Origin: Blepharisma stoltei ATCC 30299
Lineage: Eukaryota > Protista > Ciliophora
NCBI GenBank assembly: GCA_965603825.1
Contig: CBFDEM010000027.1
Location: forward strand, 434,001 to 498,000
Reading direction: 5' to 3'
Length of the DNA stretch: 64,000 bases
Positions 47,471 through 59,795 of the stretch are shown piece after piece (position 1 is the stretch's first letter; every line of letters starts with the position of its first letter). Made by a program: the position numbers and the translations under genes. Under the pieces are notes generated by a model, which was not told the DNA's origin, ran no database searches, and was given only the letters and a program-made list of their open reading frames with translations.

Positions 47471-48631
47471 ATGGTGTCAAAAAGCAGGATAAGCACAACA
47501 AGCTTATATATCTTATCTGCTGTAATAAGATTTGCCCTTCTTATCTACGGGGAATGGCAAGACAGAACGATGGAGCTAAAATACACAGACATAGATTACA
47601 AAGTTTATTCAGATGCAGCAAATTATGTATATGAAGGAAATAGTCCTTATCTGAGACATACATATAGGTATACACCACTTCTCGCCTATATCCTTATTCC
47701 TAATGTACTGGTTCCTTTCTTTGGAAAAATTTTATTTATTGTTGGAGATTTGGTGTCTGGCTGTTTCTTAATAAAACTACTTAAGCTTGAAAACGAAAAC
47801 CCATTATGGAGCGCAACACTTTTGCTTAATCCGATTGCTATTAATGTATCAACGAGAGGCTCATCAGATTCTCTTACAAGTGTTTTATTATTAGGGGCAA
47901 TCTATTTTCTTAAAACAAATAAAATCGAACTGGCAGGAATTCTATACGGTCTTTCAGTTCATCTCAGAATTTATCCGATTATTTACTGTCTAAGTTTTTA
48001 TTTGTGGATTGATAAAGAAAAATCATCGTTTTTCACCTATAAAAGGATAAAATTCACACTCATAAGTGGAGGATTATTTTTAGCACTCATAGCAGTGTTT
48101 TGGAAAATATACGGCTGGGAATTTTTATATGAAACTTATTTATACCATTTCATCAGAAAGGACAACAGGCACAATTTTTCACTGTATTTCTATATGCTTT
48201 ATCTAACTTTTCAATCAGCAGCTAAAGTTCTTGGCCTTCTGGCATTTATTCCACAATGGGGACTTATTGCTTACTTGGGATTCTTTATGACTAAGAAAAA
48301 TTTGTATACAACTCTTATTGCAGAAACCTTTATTTTTGTAATATTCAATAAAGTTTGCACAGCTCAATACTTTCTATGATATATGATCTTGATCCCGCTT
48401 TTGCTTCCAAAATTTAATATTTCATTAAAGAGAATAACAGTTTTGCTTACTTGCTGGGTTGCTTCAGAACTGTTTTGGAATTACTGGTGCTATCGCTTGG
48501 AGTATTTAGGTGAAAACAAGTTTTTAGAAATATGGATAGCGAGCGCACTATTTTTTATGACAAATGCATGGATTCTTCGTGAAATAATAGTTGCATCACC
48601 TGTCATCCCAATCAAGATGCTAGAAGATTAG
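47471..48631 (+). CDS. PIGM: GPI mannosyltransferase I catalytic subunit (PIG-M/Gpi14)
   Basis: KYTDIDY, SPY.RHTYRYTPLLAY, NVSTRGSSD, HL.IYPIIY, RKDNRHNFSLYFY, FNKVCTAQYFL[TGA]Y. Confidence 0.95.
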
Positions 48632-48884
48632 TTCTTATCTAAATAAAACTTACAAATATTCAATTATAATTTTTTATACGTTTTACGATAAAAGAAGAAC
48701 TTGTTTTACCTTAAAAGAAATATGCCAATATTAAAAAATCAATTCGAAAATTATTTCATAGCAAAATGTTGTTATTCAAACACATAGAAATAAATTAAGC
48801 ATTTTTTTGTATTAGCTCTACAGAAGAATGGTAATTGTTCATAGAAAATCCTTAAAATAAAATTTATCTCTTCAAAATATAAAA

Positions 48885-49751
48885 ATGGCCGTAGTTCTTC
48901 CAGCCTTAAAAACAGTCACAAGCTCTCCATTATCAAATATCAGCATTACATTAGACAGCATTATTGACGATTGCACTACTCTCCAAGCTTCATCCTCCAG
49001 TGACTGAGAAGAAGCTCAAAATTTTGGCTTAAAAAAGCTCCAAGAGTCATGTGGAATTCTGCAAGAAGTAAGCAAAGTTCAAATTCTATCGGGTTTCAAC
49101 TCCCACCGTGAAAGCACCCATAAGCGAACAATCGATGAATATATCAACCGAAAATATGGGAAAAAATACACAAGTAGCCATTCAAAAGTTGTCAGAATTT
49201 TAACTGGGAAGTTTAACAAAGGTTGTGAGGAAAACAAGCTGAGTTTTGGAGATGTCAACAATTCTGAAACATTTGAGGTTATTAAAAACACCAAAAGAAA
49301 ATTTGGAAAAGTCTGGCATGGTATGAAGAGGCCATCAATTAATATGTCTCTTATAGAGGAAATACCACGGCCTACCTATTTAAATAGGGAAGAAACAGAG
49401 ATTAGTCACAAAAGAAATGAAAGCTTAGAGTCTCCGAGAGTAAAATTCATGAAAAGAATTTCGAAAGACTTTATAGAAAAGCAGCTAGGGATCAAAAATA
49501 ATGATCAACTAAGCCCTCTTTTAAGTCCTCGAAAAGAAAAAATAAGAAAAGAAGCTTTAAGGCCTGTTAAAGCTACCCATAAAGAAATATTGCAGGTGAT
49601 TGATGGAGGTTTAGAAGAAAAACATTTCAATGACTTTAATTCAGAAATTATCAATTATAAAGGCGACTGCAATAGTCAATTAAAATTCGAAAAAATGAAG
49701 AGAAATATGGAAAGGCGTAAGACTATGGCTGAAAACATTATTTTGATTTAA
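48885..49751 (+). CDS. Hypothetical protein, about 288 aa
   Basis: ATG 48885 is in frame with ORF 49323..49751 through one TGA, with no TAA or TAG in between. Confidence 0.7.
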
Positions 49752-50027
49752 AACCGATTTTTAACAATTTATTTTAATTCTAAATGCCCTATTTTCATAT
49801 ATAAACCATAAAAAAACTATATATATAGATTCATGGCATATGCAACTTCTATTTTTTACATATCTTAATAGATTTTTTTTTCGAAGCTATATAGTTTCTA
49901 CACAATGTTGAGGCAAAAAAGTAACTAAAATGGCTATAAACAACTTTTTCACTTATGTGCTAACTTTAAACCCTTATTTTAACTCCCATTATTAATCTTA
50001 CCTTGAATTTTATAATCGCAGTTATAA

Positions 50028-50336
50028 ATGTCAGAAATTGAAGAAGCAATTAACAGGGTTAAAGGCCGTGTTAAAGGACTCTTAATAACTGGTCCAGATG
50101 GAAACTCAGTCAGATCCACAATGACAAAAGCAGAAGACTCGAAACTCACTGGCTACATCAATCAGCTTGTAGATAAAGCCAGAAGCGTTGTCAGAGACGT
50201 CAACCCAGCCAATGACATGACACTCTTAAGATTCACCTTGAAAAGGCATGAAATCCTCGTTACCCCTGGAAGAAATTTCCGAATTATTGTCTTGCAAGAA
50301 ATCAATAAATCTGAAGAAGGAGCCAAGCCTACCTAA
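50028..50336 (+). CDS. DYNLRB: Dynein light chain roadblock/LC7
   Basis: MSEIEE..NR....VKG, G..VRST, KARSVVRD.NP.ND.T.LR...KRHEILV.P. Confidence 0.92.
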   Translation: MSEIEEAINRVKGRVKGLLITGPDGNSVRSTMTKAEDSKLTGYINQLVDKARSVVRDVNPANDMTLLRFTLKRHEILVTPGRNFRIIVLQEINKSEEGAKPT

Positions 50337-50368
50337 ACTAAATAAATCACAGACATGTTATTAGATTA

Positions 50369-52021
50369 TTATGACGATCAATGCAGCCATGGATGTGCAA
50401 GAGCTTCACTGGCTGATGGTCTATTTGTGGGATCAATTCTTAAAAGGAGCCTTAAAAATTCATACAAAAGTGTGTCGCCTGAAGCTATTTCTTCAAGGGT
50501 TTTCATATGAATGTCGAGGCTTTCTTCTCCTTTTATAGTTCCGTCTTCATTTATATAGAGATCAACGAGTTTCCCTTCTCTTGGAACTTCTCCAGTGCAT
50601 AATTTTATTTTATAAAGAGTTTCAGGGATGTCGTCTGCCATAAATAAAATATCTCCACTTAAGATCTCTCCTATGACACAGCCAAGACTCCATATATCGA
50701 TTTTTGTATCGTATGGAGCGCCTAGCATGACCTCAGGAGATCTATAGGCTTTTGACTGAATATAAGTGGTTAGTTCATCAGTAATAAAGCAGCTGCTTCC
50801 AAAGTCAACTAGTCTTATTTCAAGCTTTGGCTGACGATTGGACTGTTTTCTTATCTTTTTTGTTAGTAAAATGTTTTCTGGCTTGATATCAGCATGAATA
50901 ATGCCTTGTGAGTGAATAAAATCTAAACCAGTTAAAATTTGTCTGACAATTCTTTTTAGTCTTTCACCTTGTAGTAAATATGATAGGTCAGGGTGGGAAT
51001 TTATCACAAACAAATTTTCTCCAAGGATTTCATAGACAATAAACAAGCATTGCCGGAAGTAAAAGAAATCAAGCATCTTCACGATAAATTTTCCTTCGAG
51101 GTCTCCATTGCAAACTTTATCCAAAGTCTTCATCACTTTAATTTCATCAAGTCCTTGGTCAAATGTTTCTTTTTGGTTATTAATAATTTTCAAACAAACT
51201 TGCTTTCTTTGGAACATATCATGGCATTCTGCCACAATACTGAAATTAGTTGATGCAATTATGCACTCAACTTTATATCTTTCTGCTATCACTTGGCCCA
51301 GGACCAAAGGGAAACTTTCGAAGTCTTCAAGCCCAGTTTTAGAAGGATGGTATATGTATGGGATATAGAGTTGTTCATGCTCTTCCAAGCCATCAGATTT
51401 CACACTTGACGGCATGCTTTTTTCGTGCTTTTTTAGGAATCGCTCAAATTCGATAGCATCAGGGTTGTAAGGTAGGTGGACTTCGATGTTTTCATCAATT
51501 TCTCCAAATGAAAAATTCGTAGTCTCATCACCTTCATTGTTTGAAAATGAAAAATCGCCAGGTGATCGCGAAACGCCTCTGCGCTGTGTTGGAAATGCAC
51601 CTCCAAAGCCCATGCCTGGGGTCCTCGAGGATTCTAATTTTTCGGTGATTTTGGCTTCCAGCATCGAGATTCGATTTCGTTTTTCTTCAATGGAATCGAG
51701 CTCAAGAGTTAATTGATTGAGAGCTCTTTGGAATAGAATTTCCAAACGCAGCATATGTTCTGTTTTGTCACCGTACATCATTTTCATCTGCTCAATTTCA
51801 CGTTTCAAGTTATGGTGGTCATGATGTCGGTGATTCCGGGATCGTTTAGGAATTGTCGAGGAATTCGATAGATGAGAGTGGCGATTCCCACGCAAAGAAT
51901 CAGGATAGAAATAGCCTAGATGGTCTTCAGATGGGTGAGTGCGAAGATAATTTCGTTCAAGATAGTCTATGGAGTCTTCTAAACTTTCACTACTACCTTC
52001 ATATGCAAAATGTTTTGACAT
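50369..52021 (-). CDS. DYRK-family (DYRKP/Ppk15-like) CMGC kinase
   Basis: KTGLED...FP.VLGQVIA.RY, VCLKIINNQKETFDQGLDEIK, IHADIKPENIL, DFGSSC, YIQS.AYRSPE, DIWSLGC. With TGA=Trp the true stop is TAA at 50369-50371; likely ATG at 52021. Confidence 0.9.
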
Positions 52022-52527
52022 TAATATCAAATCAAAATTAATTATATTATCGAATCAAGATAAGAAATACCGTAAGAATTAATGGGGCTGAATAGAAATT
52101 TATTGAAGGATTAAGCGATGTTTTCGAAAAATTTTAAAATTTAGAAGGAAATCTTTACTGACCTTATTAAAATATGTGCTTAATGTAATATGGATTAGTA
52201 TGAAGTAGAGATATTGAATGAGAAATGGCATATTTAAATTAAATGGTTTTATTGAGATAAATTCTTGAAAAAAAAATAATTATTGTGAACTCTTTTTGTT
52301 CTTTTGAATTTCCATCCCTATTAACTTAGAACTAGTAAATTTTATTATGATAAATGTAATAGCTATTAGTGAATCTGATTTTCTGCATCAATGAATAGCG
52401 TCTTATAAATACTATTAATTACTTTTAATAGTCGCTGTATTTATTAACTTAGAAATTATAAAATAATAAATACTAAAATAAATTTTATACGCCTTTAAGC
52501 TTAATAAAGTGTATAATGTAAAAGCAT

Positions 52528-52863
52528 TTATTCATAAATTTTATTTTTCCAAGCCACAAGGGCGTCAACAAGAGTATCTTCCGGATGAATTGAATGCCTG
52601 TCTAGAATATTTAAGAGCTTGTGGGTCACATATCTATTATTATCAAGAAATGGTACTTTTAAACCTTCAGCTTTCGCAGCGTCCTCAAGTTTTTGCATCA
52701 TTTCCATTAGCTCTTTTCTTTCTTTTTTGCCAAAATAATAAGATTTATCCATATCGATGTCGCCTTTCCAAATTGCTCTACCACCAAACATATCATCGTT
52801 CACTATTGTTCTTATAGATGCTTTAATAAGCACAAAAGTTTTCCTTGTTTTGCAAGCTAGCAT
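52528..52863 (-). CDS. Small hypothetical protein, possibly mitochondrial
   Basis: 111-aa ATG-to-TAA ORF; N-terminus basic and lacking acidic residues. Confidence 0.65.
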   Translation of the reverse strand: MLACKTRKTFVLIKASIRTIVNDDMFGGRAIWKGDIDMDKSYYFGKKERKELMEMMQKLEDAAKAEGLKVPFLDNNRYVTHKLLNILDRHSIHPEDTLVDALVAWKNKIYE

Positions 52864-52870
52864 TTATTTA

Positions 52871-53968
52871 TTAATTATTAGGCTTAATAGCTGTAAAGAA
52901 AATGCATTTATATGTGATTTCTAGCATTGGATTTGCCTCTGCTGCATATCATGAAGGCTTGGTATTTTCATTTTCTAATGTAAACCCGAACTGAAGTATG
53001 ACGTGTCTGAACTCTTCCCAAGTCAGATCGATAGAAACTTCTTCGTCTGAGTTGGAATAATGATAGAGAAGAGGCCCAAAATTGATCCAAGCTCCACCCG
53101 GCTTTAATGCTTCGTAAATTATTTCTATATATTGCATTATGTTATTAGCTGTGTCCATAAAAAAACAAGTCACGATGCAGTCCCACTGAGATTTTTGTTG
53201 AGAATAAATTTCGATGAAATCACCAGCTACCATTGAAAAATCGCTTCCTTCTTTTAGCTCTTCTCCTGGGCATATATCTGGAATTTTTACCGGTCGAAAA
53301 ATTTCATTTAATGTAAATACATTGGAAAAATCATGGATAAAAGGGAAAACTGTGAACTGATTTGACGTCTTTGTATTATTGAGTATATAATCTGAAACCA
53401 GTAGCATAAAATAAGAAAACTCATTACCCTGTGACTTATACCCATGCTTGGCAATTTCGAATGAAAGCCTGCCTAGCCCTGCTCCTGGGGTTAATATCGA
53501 AATCAGCTCTCCTTCTTCATTTTTCACGTTTGGAAAAACGCGTTTGATTTCATCTAAAATTACGGTAAAGCACATCTCTCGCTCTTTTTCGCCTTCTATG
53601 GCTCAGTCTCGTACAAGCTGCCTAAGAGTGCTACGGACTTTACTTATATTTTTGCCAGAAACATTGAGGTTTTCTATTTGGAGTCGACCATCGGGAAGCA
53701 TTGTGTGACTGAAAAGATCGATATAAGGATGCACTATATGAGTTAAAAAATAATAGTTTGCAGCTGTCCCATCCTTCATTTTTTGGGTACGAATCTCAAT
53801 TGGTTCTTTAAGTTTACTTAGATGCTCTGGCTTGAGACTTGAAAAATTTTTTTCTATCCTAAATATATCAACTAATGAGTCTACTTGATAATTAAAAAAT
53901 GCTCCACAAACTGCTTTGAAGTGTTCTCTTTCATGAGGATCTTCAAGAAATTTTGAGTCATTTTCCAT
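52871..53968 (-). CDS. CARNMT1: Carnosine N-methyltransferase (N2227-like / CARNMT1 family)
   Basis: KVRSTLRQLVRD[TGA]AIEGEKER, ILTPGAGLGRL, QGNEFSYFML, MVAGDF, TCFFMDTANN, WINFGPLLYH. Stop TAA at 52871-52873; start 53968 (alternative ATG at 53992). Confidence 0.92.
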
Positions 53969-54238
53969 TTTTGATAAAATTATTATGGCCACGCAGAATT
54001 CACATGGAGATTTTTCTAGTTTTGAATTAGATTTTTCTTATGCATTTTTATAATTTATTTTATAAAATAAGTAAAGCATGATTTTTCAGCTATATTTAAT
54101 AATTTAAAAGGACACATTTTCAATAATTCTCTATTGAATTCTATTTTATCGAGAATTTTCTTTGTTTATTTTTGGATTAATCTCAACCACTCAAATGAAA
54201 ATGGTTTTTTAATAATAATAATAATTTAATTATTTTTC

Positions 54239-54898
54239 ATGATAGCTATTAAATTAAATATGCAAAAGGTGATAGCTGAAGATAGTTTTCGAGATTTATT
54301 TCAGTTTTTGATTCGGCTATCATCAGATTCCAGCTCACTTATTGATTTAGCCAATGAAATTGAGCTGAACAAGCCGCCATTTTATATCAATGAAACCCAA
54401 CAAAAATTGATCAGTGTGACAGCAGAAGACTTAGGAATTGATAAGGCCTCTTGTTTTTATCCTAAATTTATTACATATATTGAGGTTTTTGAGAACAGAA
54501 ACCTGTCTATAGGAATTTTCGCTATGAGCAAAGGATCAGCCTTTCCGATTCATGATCATCCACATATGATAGGAATCACATACTTGATCTTTGGCGAAAT
54601 TTCCTTAATAAACAGGGACATCATTTCAATAAACAGTTCTGGAATTGTGACAACGAGGGTTCTTAAGGAAGAGGTCGCAGTAGGACCTCAAATTTTTTAT
54701 TTAACAGCAAACAGTGGTAATTTGCATGAAATTCACGCGCATGAAGATTCTCTTATACTTGATATTTTCCTGCCTAGCTATTCAGAAGACGAAAGGCCTT
54801 GCACTTATTATAAAGAAATCAGACCTAATCTTCTTATTCGGTATAACCCAAATCTATTTTTTAGAAATATGCAATATTTAGGAAAGACTTTTAACTAA
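54239..54898 (+). CDS. Cysteamine dioxygenase / plant cysteine oxidase (ADO/PCO) family cupin
   Basis: SIGIF, PIHDHPHM.G, GNLHEI, ILDI..PSY...RPC.YY. Start may be the second ATG at 54260. Confidence 0.9.
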   Translation: MIAIKLNMQKVIAEDSFRDLFQFLIRLSSDSSSLIDLANEIELNKPPFYINETQQKLISVTAEDLGIDKASCFYPKFITYIEVFENRNLSIGIFAMSKGSAFPIHDHPHMIGITYLIFGEISLINRDIISINSSGIVTTRVLKEEVAVGPQIFYLTANSGNLHEIHAHEDSLILDIFLPSYSEDERPCTYYKEIRPNLLIRYNPNLFFRNMQYLGKTFN

Positions 54899-55492
54899 GT
54901 AAATTTATTAAAAATTATTACCTAAATAAATTCAAGCATTAGTCAAGAAGGTGTCTTTTTTGAGATACAGAAGATCATTTATTGAGGTTTTATTAATTAA
55001 AAAAGGTCTTAATTAAATGAAATAATTTGAATACTTTCAAGGTCATTATAATCTGATAAAAAATAGAATCCATATTATTTAAACCAAAGATTTGATTGAT
55101 TTTAATTTAAATTATAAAATAAATTAATCAAGCAATAAAGAGATGTGGGAAAGCTTTATAATTAAACATTTAAAATATTTAAGACTAAGTCATTTACATT
55201 AAAGGAGATTTCCCTTCAGCAAAAATCTTTCTATTTCGAGACTAAGAAGACAATTTCTTTTATGTTATTATTAGTTTCATCTATTGCTTAACTTTATATA
55301 TACTCCAATTTTTATCGCAATATCATGTTTAAGCTGCCGCTCTTTAAAAATTTGTTCCTGCATCTACAACCTCTTGTATTAATAAATTTTTTTCATTATG
55401 CAACTCAACCTCTTATATTAATAAATTTAAATATTCTTCATTATATTTATTTTATTGGATATAAATTCAAGGGTTTAGAACAATAGACAATA

Positions 55493-55564
55493 GGTTCTAT
55501 AGTGTAGTGGTTATCACATAGGACTCTGAATCCTGTAACCCGAGTTCAAATCTCGGTAGAACCT
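55493..55564 (+). tRNA. tRNA-Gln, anticodon CTG
   Basis: Acceptor stem GGTTCTA/TAGAACC; D-arm GTGTAGTGGTTATCAC; anticodon arm TAGGA-CTCTGAA-TCCTG; T-arm CCGAG-TTCAAAT-CTCGG; followed by a T-run (Pol III terminator). Confidence 0.96.
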
Positions 55565-55896
55565 CTTTTTTAATAAACTAGCCAATCATTTTGCATATTA
55601 GTATCTCAAATTGCATGAGCATTTCACTTACCTGCAACTTCTTAATAGAATATTTTTAATTCTCAGATAATAATAGTAAATTTATTATTTGATTTTTATT
55701 GATTTTGGATCCGTTTTTGTTGGCATTCATACAAATTTATATCATAAATTAAGAGTTATATATTTAATTCCTTATAATTCTAAAGAGTCATGAATTGAAT
55801 GATAGAAAGCTTATAGAGTTTATCATTGATAAAACTCTAATTATCAAGAAGAAATTGTGGATCATACTTACCTATTCATATTTTAAATCATTCAAA

Positions 55897-56502
55897 TTAA
55901 CTTAAAAAATTTTGTCTTGAATATAGTTTGCTTCTTAATCTTATTGGCCTGCTTAAATCTAAATGCTTAGAGTTCACTTTGTAGACTTGAGATTGGATTT
56001 CAGATAGAGACTGCCGCCTTTTAGTTGCAGAAAATGGTCTACGAAAAGTGTTTAAAGCAGAAACTTGTTTTGGAGATATATTAGTTTTATTTGTATAAGA
56101 ATTTATGGTACTTGAAGGAATAAAAACATCTTTTGGTGTATATGAAGAGGAATGTTGGTTATCAAAGGATGTAAAAGCAGTTTCACCTTGATCCATTTCA
56201 GTTTCTTCATCCCATTTTGGCTGGGCAATCATTATTTCTAATTTTCTTCGATTCGAATAAGCAGTTTTAACTTTCCGTTCGAATTCCTCTGGCTTTTTCC
56301 TTAATTTTATCTCAGCATTAAACTCAAAAATATCTTCTTTTGTTGCATGCCCTGCGTATATTTTTGTAAGGATATCACATTTAAGCACTTCACTCCTATT
56401 GAGTTTCCTTTTATTATGAAGTAAAAGTCTTTGCTGGAGTGGAGATATTGATTGGGCTTTGGTTGTATTAGAGCGAAAGCTATAGAATCGATCTCTTTTC
56501 AT
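55897..56502 (-). CDS. Basic hypothetical protein
   Basis: 201-aa ATG-to-TAA ORF with no recognised motif. Confidence 0.65.
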   Translation of the reverse strand: MKRDRFYSFRSNTTKAQSISPLQQRLLLHNKRKLNRSEVLKCDILTKIYAGHATKEDIFEFNAEIKLRKKPEEFERKVKTAYSNRRKLEIMIAQPKWDEETEMDQGETAFTSFDNQHSSSYTPKDVFIPSSTINSYTNKTNISPKQVSALNTFRRPFSATKRRQSLSEIQSQVYKVNSKHLDLSRPIRLRSKLYSRQNFLS

Positions 56503-56680
56503 GTATATTTAGCATAAGAATCATATAATTTTCTGTATAATCTTTTAAAGAAATATTCCTTAGTCATAAGGGAACATGAGAATTTAAAATTATGCAGTTA
56601 ATTATTTCTTTGCATTTTTTATTTATTTAATTAAATAAGTAAATCATTTTTCCTCTGGCTTTTTTTGTGAGATTTTAATT

Positions 56681-57520
56681 ATGGAAGGTGAAGCAAATGA
56701 CCACCAGCTTAAACAGCAAGAAAAAAAAGCTGAAAAAGCATTTGCTGTCCTTCCAGAAGAAATCAAAACTCCAATGCGAACTGTTCTTAACTTACAAAAG
56801 CAAAGAAATTCTTTGTATTTTGAGTTTGAAAAAGAGCTTCAAGCACTTCATAATAAGTATGATACCCAGTACGGTCCGATTTTCTTGGAAAGATCTTCAC
56901 ACATAAAATCCATTGAAAATTTCTGGCTTAAGGTACTACAGAATAGTGATGAAGCTTCTTCATTTATATATGAGCAAGATCTCCCTCTTTTACAACATTT
57001 AATTGATATTCAATATCATCAATCTGCTGACCATGATAGTTTTAAAGTTGATTTCGAATTTTCTGCCAATGATTACATAGAAAACACAGTTTTATCCAAA
57101 GAATTCGTTATAAAAAACGATGTTTTAGAAAAATCAGTTGGCACAGAAATTTTGTGAAAAGGAAGAAATAGTTTCACAAAAAAAACAAAGCAAGTGAAAA
57201 AGGGTAAAAAAGGAAAAGCTATGACTAAAACTGTTGATATTCCAAGTTTTTTCAGGATTTTTCAAACTAGAAGTCCTGAAGATGAAGAAGATATTCCAAG
57301 CGACGAAGAAGATATTGATGCTGATCCATTTGAAGATGAAATGAATTTAGGATATGAGTTAAGAGATGAAATTATTCCAAATGCACTATATTATTATCTA
57401 GGAATTAGAGGAAAAGAAGAAGATGAAGATAGTGATGAAGACGAAAAAGGGCAAAAGAAACCATCCGAAGTAAAAGTTGATGGGTCAGGACAAGAAAAGC
57501 AAGAATGCAAACAGCAGTAA
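56681..57520 (+). CDS. Nucleosome assembly protein (NAP1/SET family)
   Basis: NFWLKVLQN, F.FS.NDY..NTVLSKEF, GTEIL[TGA]KG, PSFFRIF, LRDEIIPNALYYY, ECKQQ C-terminus. Confidence 0.93.
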
Positions 57521-57911
57521 AAATAAATTAATATATCTTGGACACCCTAGTTATGATTTATTAAATATTTATTTCAATTAAAGCTATTAAAATTTTAATA
57601 CTTTAAGAAAATTGTTACCAAAGCGTCTTCGATTTTATATTTTTATATCGTTATTCAATATTAAAACAAGTTTTCATAAAATAAAACTAAACATTTTTGA
57701 ATTAATCTATATTTTTTGCTAGGTAAATAATAGATTTAAATTATAATTCACTATAATACCATAAGCTTTTAAATATTGCATTGTGAAATATCAGTTCTTA
57801 CTGAATTTATTTCAATACAGCACTTTTTAGTAATAAAAATAGCTTTCTATTATGCCTCTATTCTATAATTCACGTAGATCTCATAATTTTTAATTACTTT
57901 GATAAATATTT

Positions 57912-58565
57912 ATGCTTTTTCCTCTAATCTCAGAATATAAAACTTCTCATGATCAGATTAATAAAAATAAAATGGACCCTCATTTTTACAATTATTACAA
58001 CAATGACCTCCAGCCTGCAAAAAAAGGTCTTATATCTATCTCACTTTCATTTATCGCTCTATTTTTGGCAGCGGTTTGCCTTATAGTAGTGGTACTTTCA
58101 GTCATAAGTGATGATACTGATAAAGACTTGTTTGAGCTACTTCTTATGCTTTATTTTGTACCAATCTTAATCCTTGGCCTAGGAGGACTCATAACTATTC
58201 CTTGTTCATGGTTTATTTACCTCTATTATGCTCTTCTCAAACTTGGTGTGTTTTACTCTTTAATCGGGATCTCTTTTTCTGCTTACATGCTGGTAAGCAT
58301 TTTATCTGAGAATGGACATATTGAGTATTGGGAAGCTATGACCTTATCTGTATTGACTGGATTTTCAGTTACAACGTACGCGCTGATAAGCAAGGCTACT
58401 AAATTGGTTATAAAAATACTGGAAAATTCCAAGGAAAACAAGAATAACAATTATGGAACTCAGCTGATTGATGGAAGCCATATGATAAGAAATCAATATT
58501 TTTCAGCTCAAGGGATGGCATATGGAGGAAACTCTCAAGTTTATAATCAAAGATATTACCCTTAA
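57912..58565 (+). CDS. Four-TM membrane protein of unknown function
   Basis: Four hydrophobic stretches and a Q/Y/G-rich tail; start may be the later MDPHF. Confidence 0.7.
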   Translation: MLFPLISEYKTSHDQINKNKMDPHFYNYYNNDLQPAKKGLISISLSFIALFLAAVCLIVVVLSVISDDTDKDLFELLLMLYFVPILILGLGGLITIPCSWFIYLYYALLKLGVFYSLIGISFSAYMLVSILSENGHIEYWEAMTLSVLTGFSVTTYALISKATKLVIKILENSKENKNNNYGTQLIDGSHMIRNQYFSAQGMAYGGNSQVYNQRYYP

Positions 58566-58738
58566 TCTTTAAGAAATTATCTTATAGAACAATTATTGAA
58601 TTAACTATTTTCATTTTTTCTTTATAACTTAAAAATATTATGATAATACTTTTTTTAGATTTTATATTAATTTTTGAGATCTAATTAATTTAGAGTTAAG
58701 ATTCGATTGCTAAGCATAAATCTTGATTATAATTATTT

Positions 58739-59795
58739 ATGGAAAAATCCAAGAAAGAACTTAGAGAAAGGGCGTTTAAAGAAATTGATAAATTTCTTGA
58801 GTCTTCCATCAGCAAATTGGATAATTTCTGTAAATTATATCAAAGATCGAACAGAAGAAGAGTTGTCAAAAACAGTTTCAGAATGCAATATAATTATTTC
58901 TGAACTTGAAAACTCATTATTGAATATTGAATCGGAAGAGCCAAGAGAAGCTTTATTGCGAACCCCAAGATGTTTTTCATCATTTAATTTCTCTCGTTCT
59001 ATATCTTCCTATTTAGAATCGATTTCTATTAGTATTAATTCAAAAAAATCAAGACAACTATTCGATATCTACGAAGAAAAACTAAAAATATTTGATGCAA
59101 AAACAAAGCTAATTCAAACATTCGCTCTCTCATTTCCATCTTACTATGGTTCATCTATTGTTTTATTAGAAAATAATCATATTTTGATAACTGGAGGTTT
59201 TGATTATAAAGATTGAGTGCCTTCTTCAAGAGTGCTATACTTAAATTTAATGAATTGTTTATGTGAAAATAAGCCTGATTTAATAGTATCAAGAGGAAAT
59301 CATACAATGCAAAAATTCAATGAACTGGTTTTTGTTATTGGAGGGTGAGGTCTTACTAGCCCTGCACTAGCAGAAATTGAATGTTTTAACCTTAGGCTCC
59401 AATCTTGAGAAAAAGTTTGTGATTTAGTTAAACCTAGACAATATCATAGCAGTTGCTTATTTGAAGGGAAAATCTATATTATAGGAGATGATGATGCTAT
59501 TGAAATTTTTGACCCAGCATATAATCAAACAAAAATAGTAGAGCTTGAAGGTATCGTTCTTTATATGAATTTCATATTGATTTTTCGAAAAGAAGTAGTA
59601 CAAGAGTATTATCCTGAAGAAAATAGAATAATTGAGCATGGAAAACTATTAACTGATAGCATTGAAACCGGTGGAATAATTCAAAGCATTGTATATGAAA
59701 ATAAGATTTATATAAGAAGAGATGATCTAGGCTTTTGAGTCTATGACTATGATATTAATAGCTTAAATATCATTCATGATAACTCTTATAGATAG
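58739..59795 (+). CDS. Kelch-repeat protein (5' end needs an atypical 16-nt intron or a frameshift; possible pseudogene)
   Basis: ILITGGFD, SRGNH....NELVFVIGG, ECFNL...S[TGA]EKV.DL..PRQYHSS..FEGKIYIIG, stop TAG 59793-59795. The ATG at 58739 is in a different frame. Confidence 0.7.

Noticed and set aside
47425-47634. Upstream overlapping ORF as an alternative PIG-M first exon
   Set aside because: The only nearby GT..AG is 13 nt, outside the intron consensus, and PIG-M is complete from ATG 47471.
55493-55564. Possible stop-suppressor tRNA-Gln (CTA/TTA) as in UAR=Gln ciliates
   Set aside because: The anticodon reads CTG (55526-55528), and TAA/TAG act as stops throughout the window.
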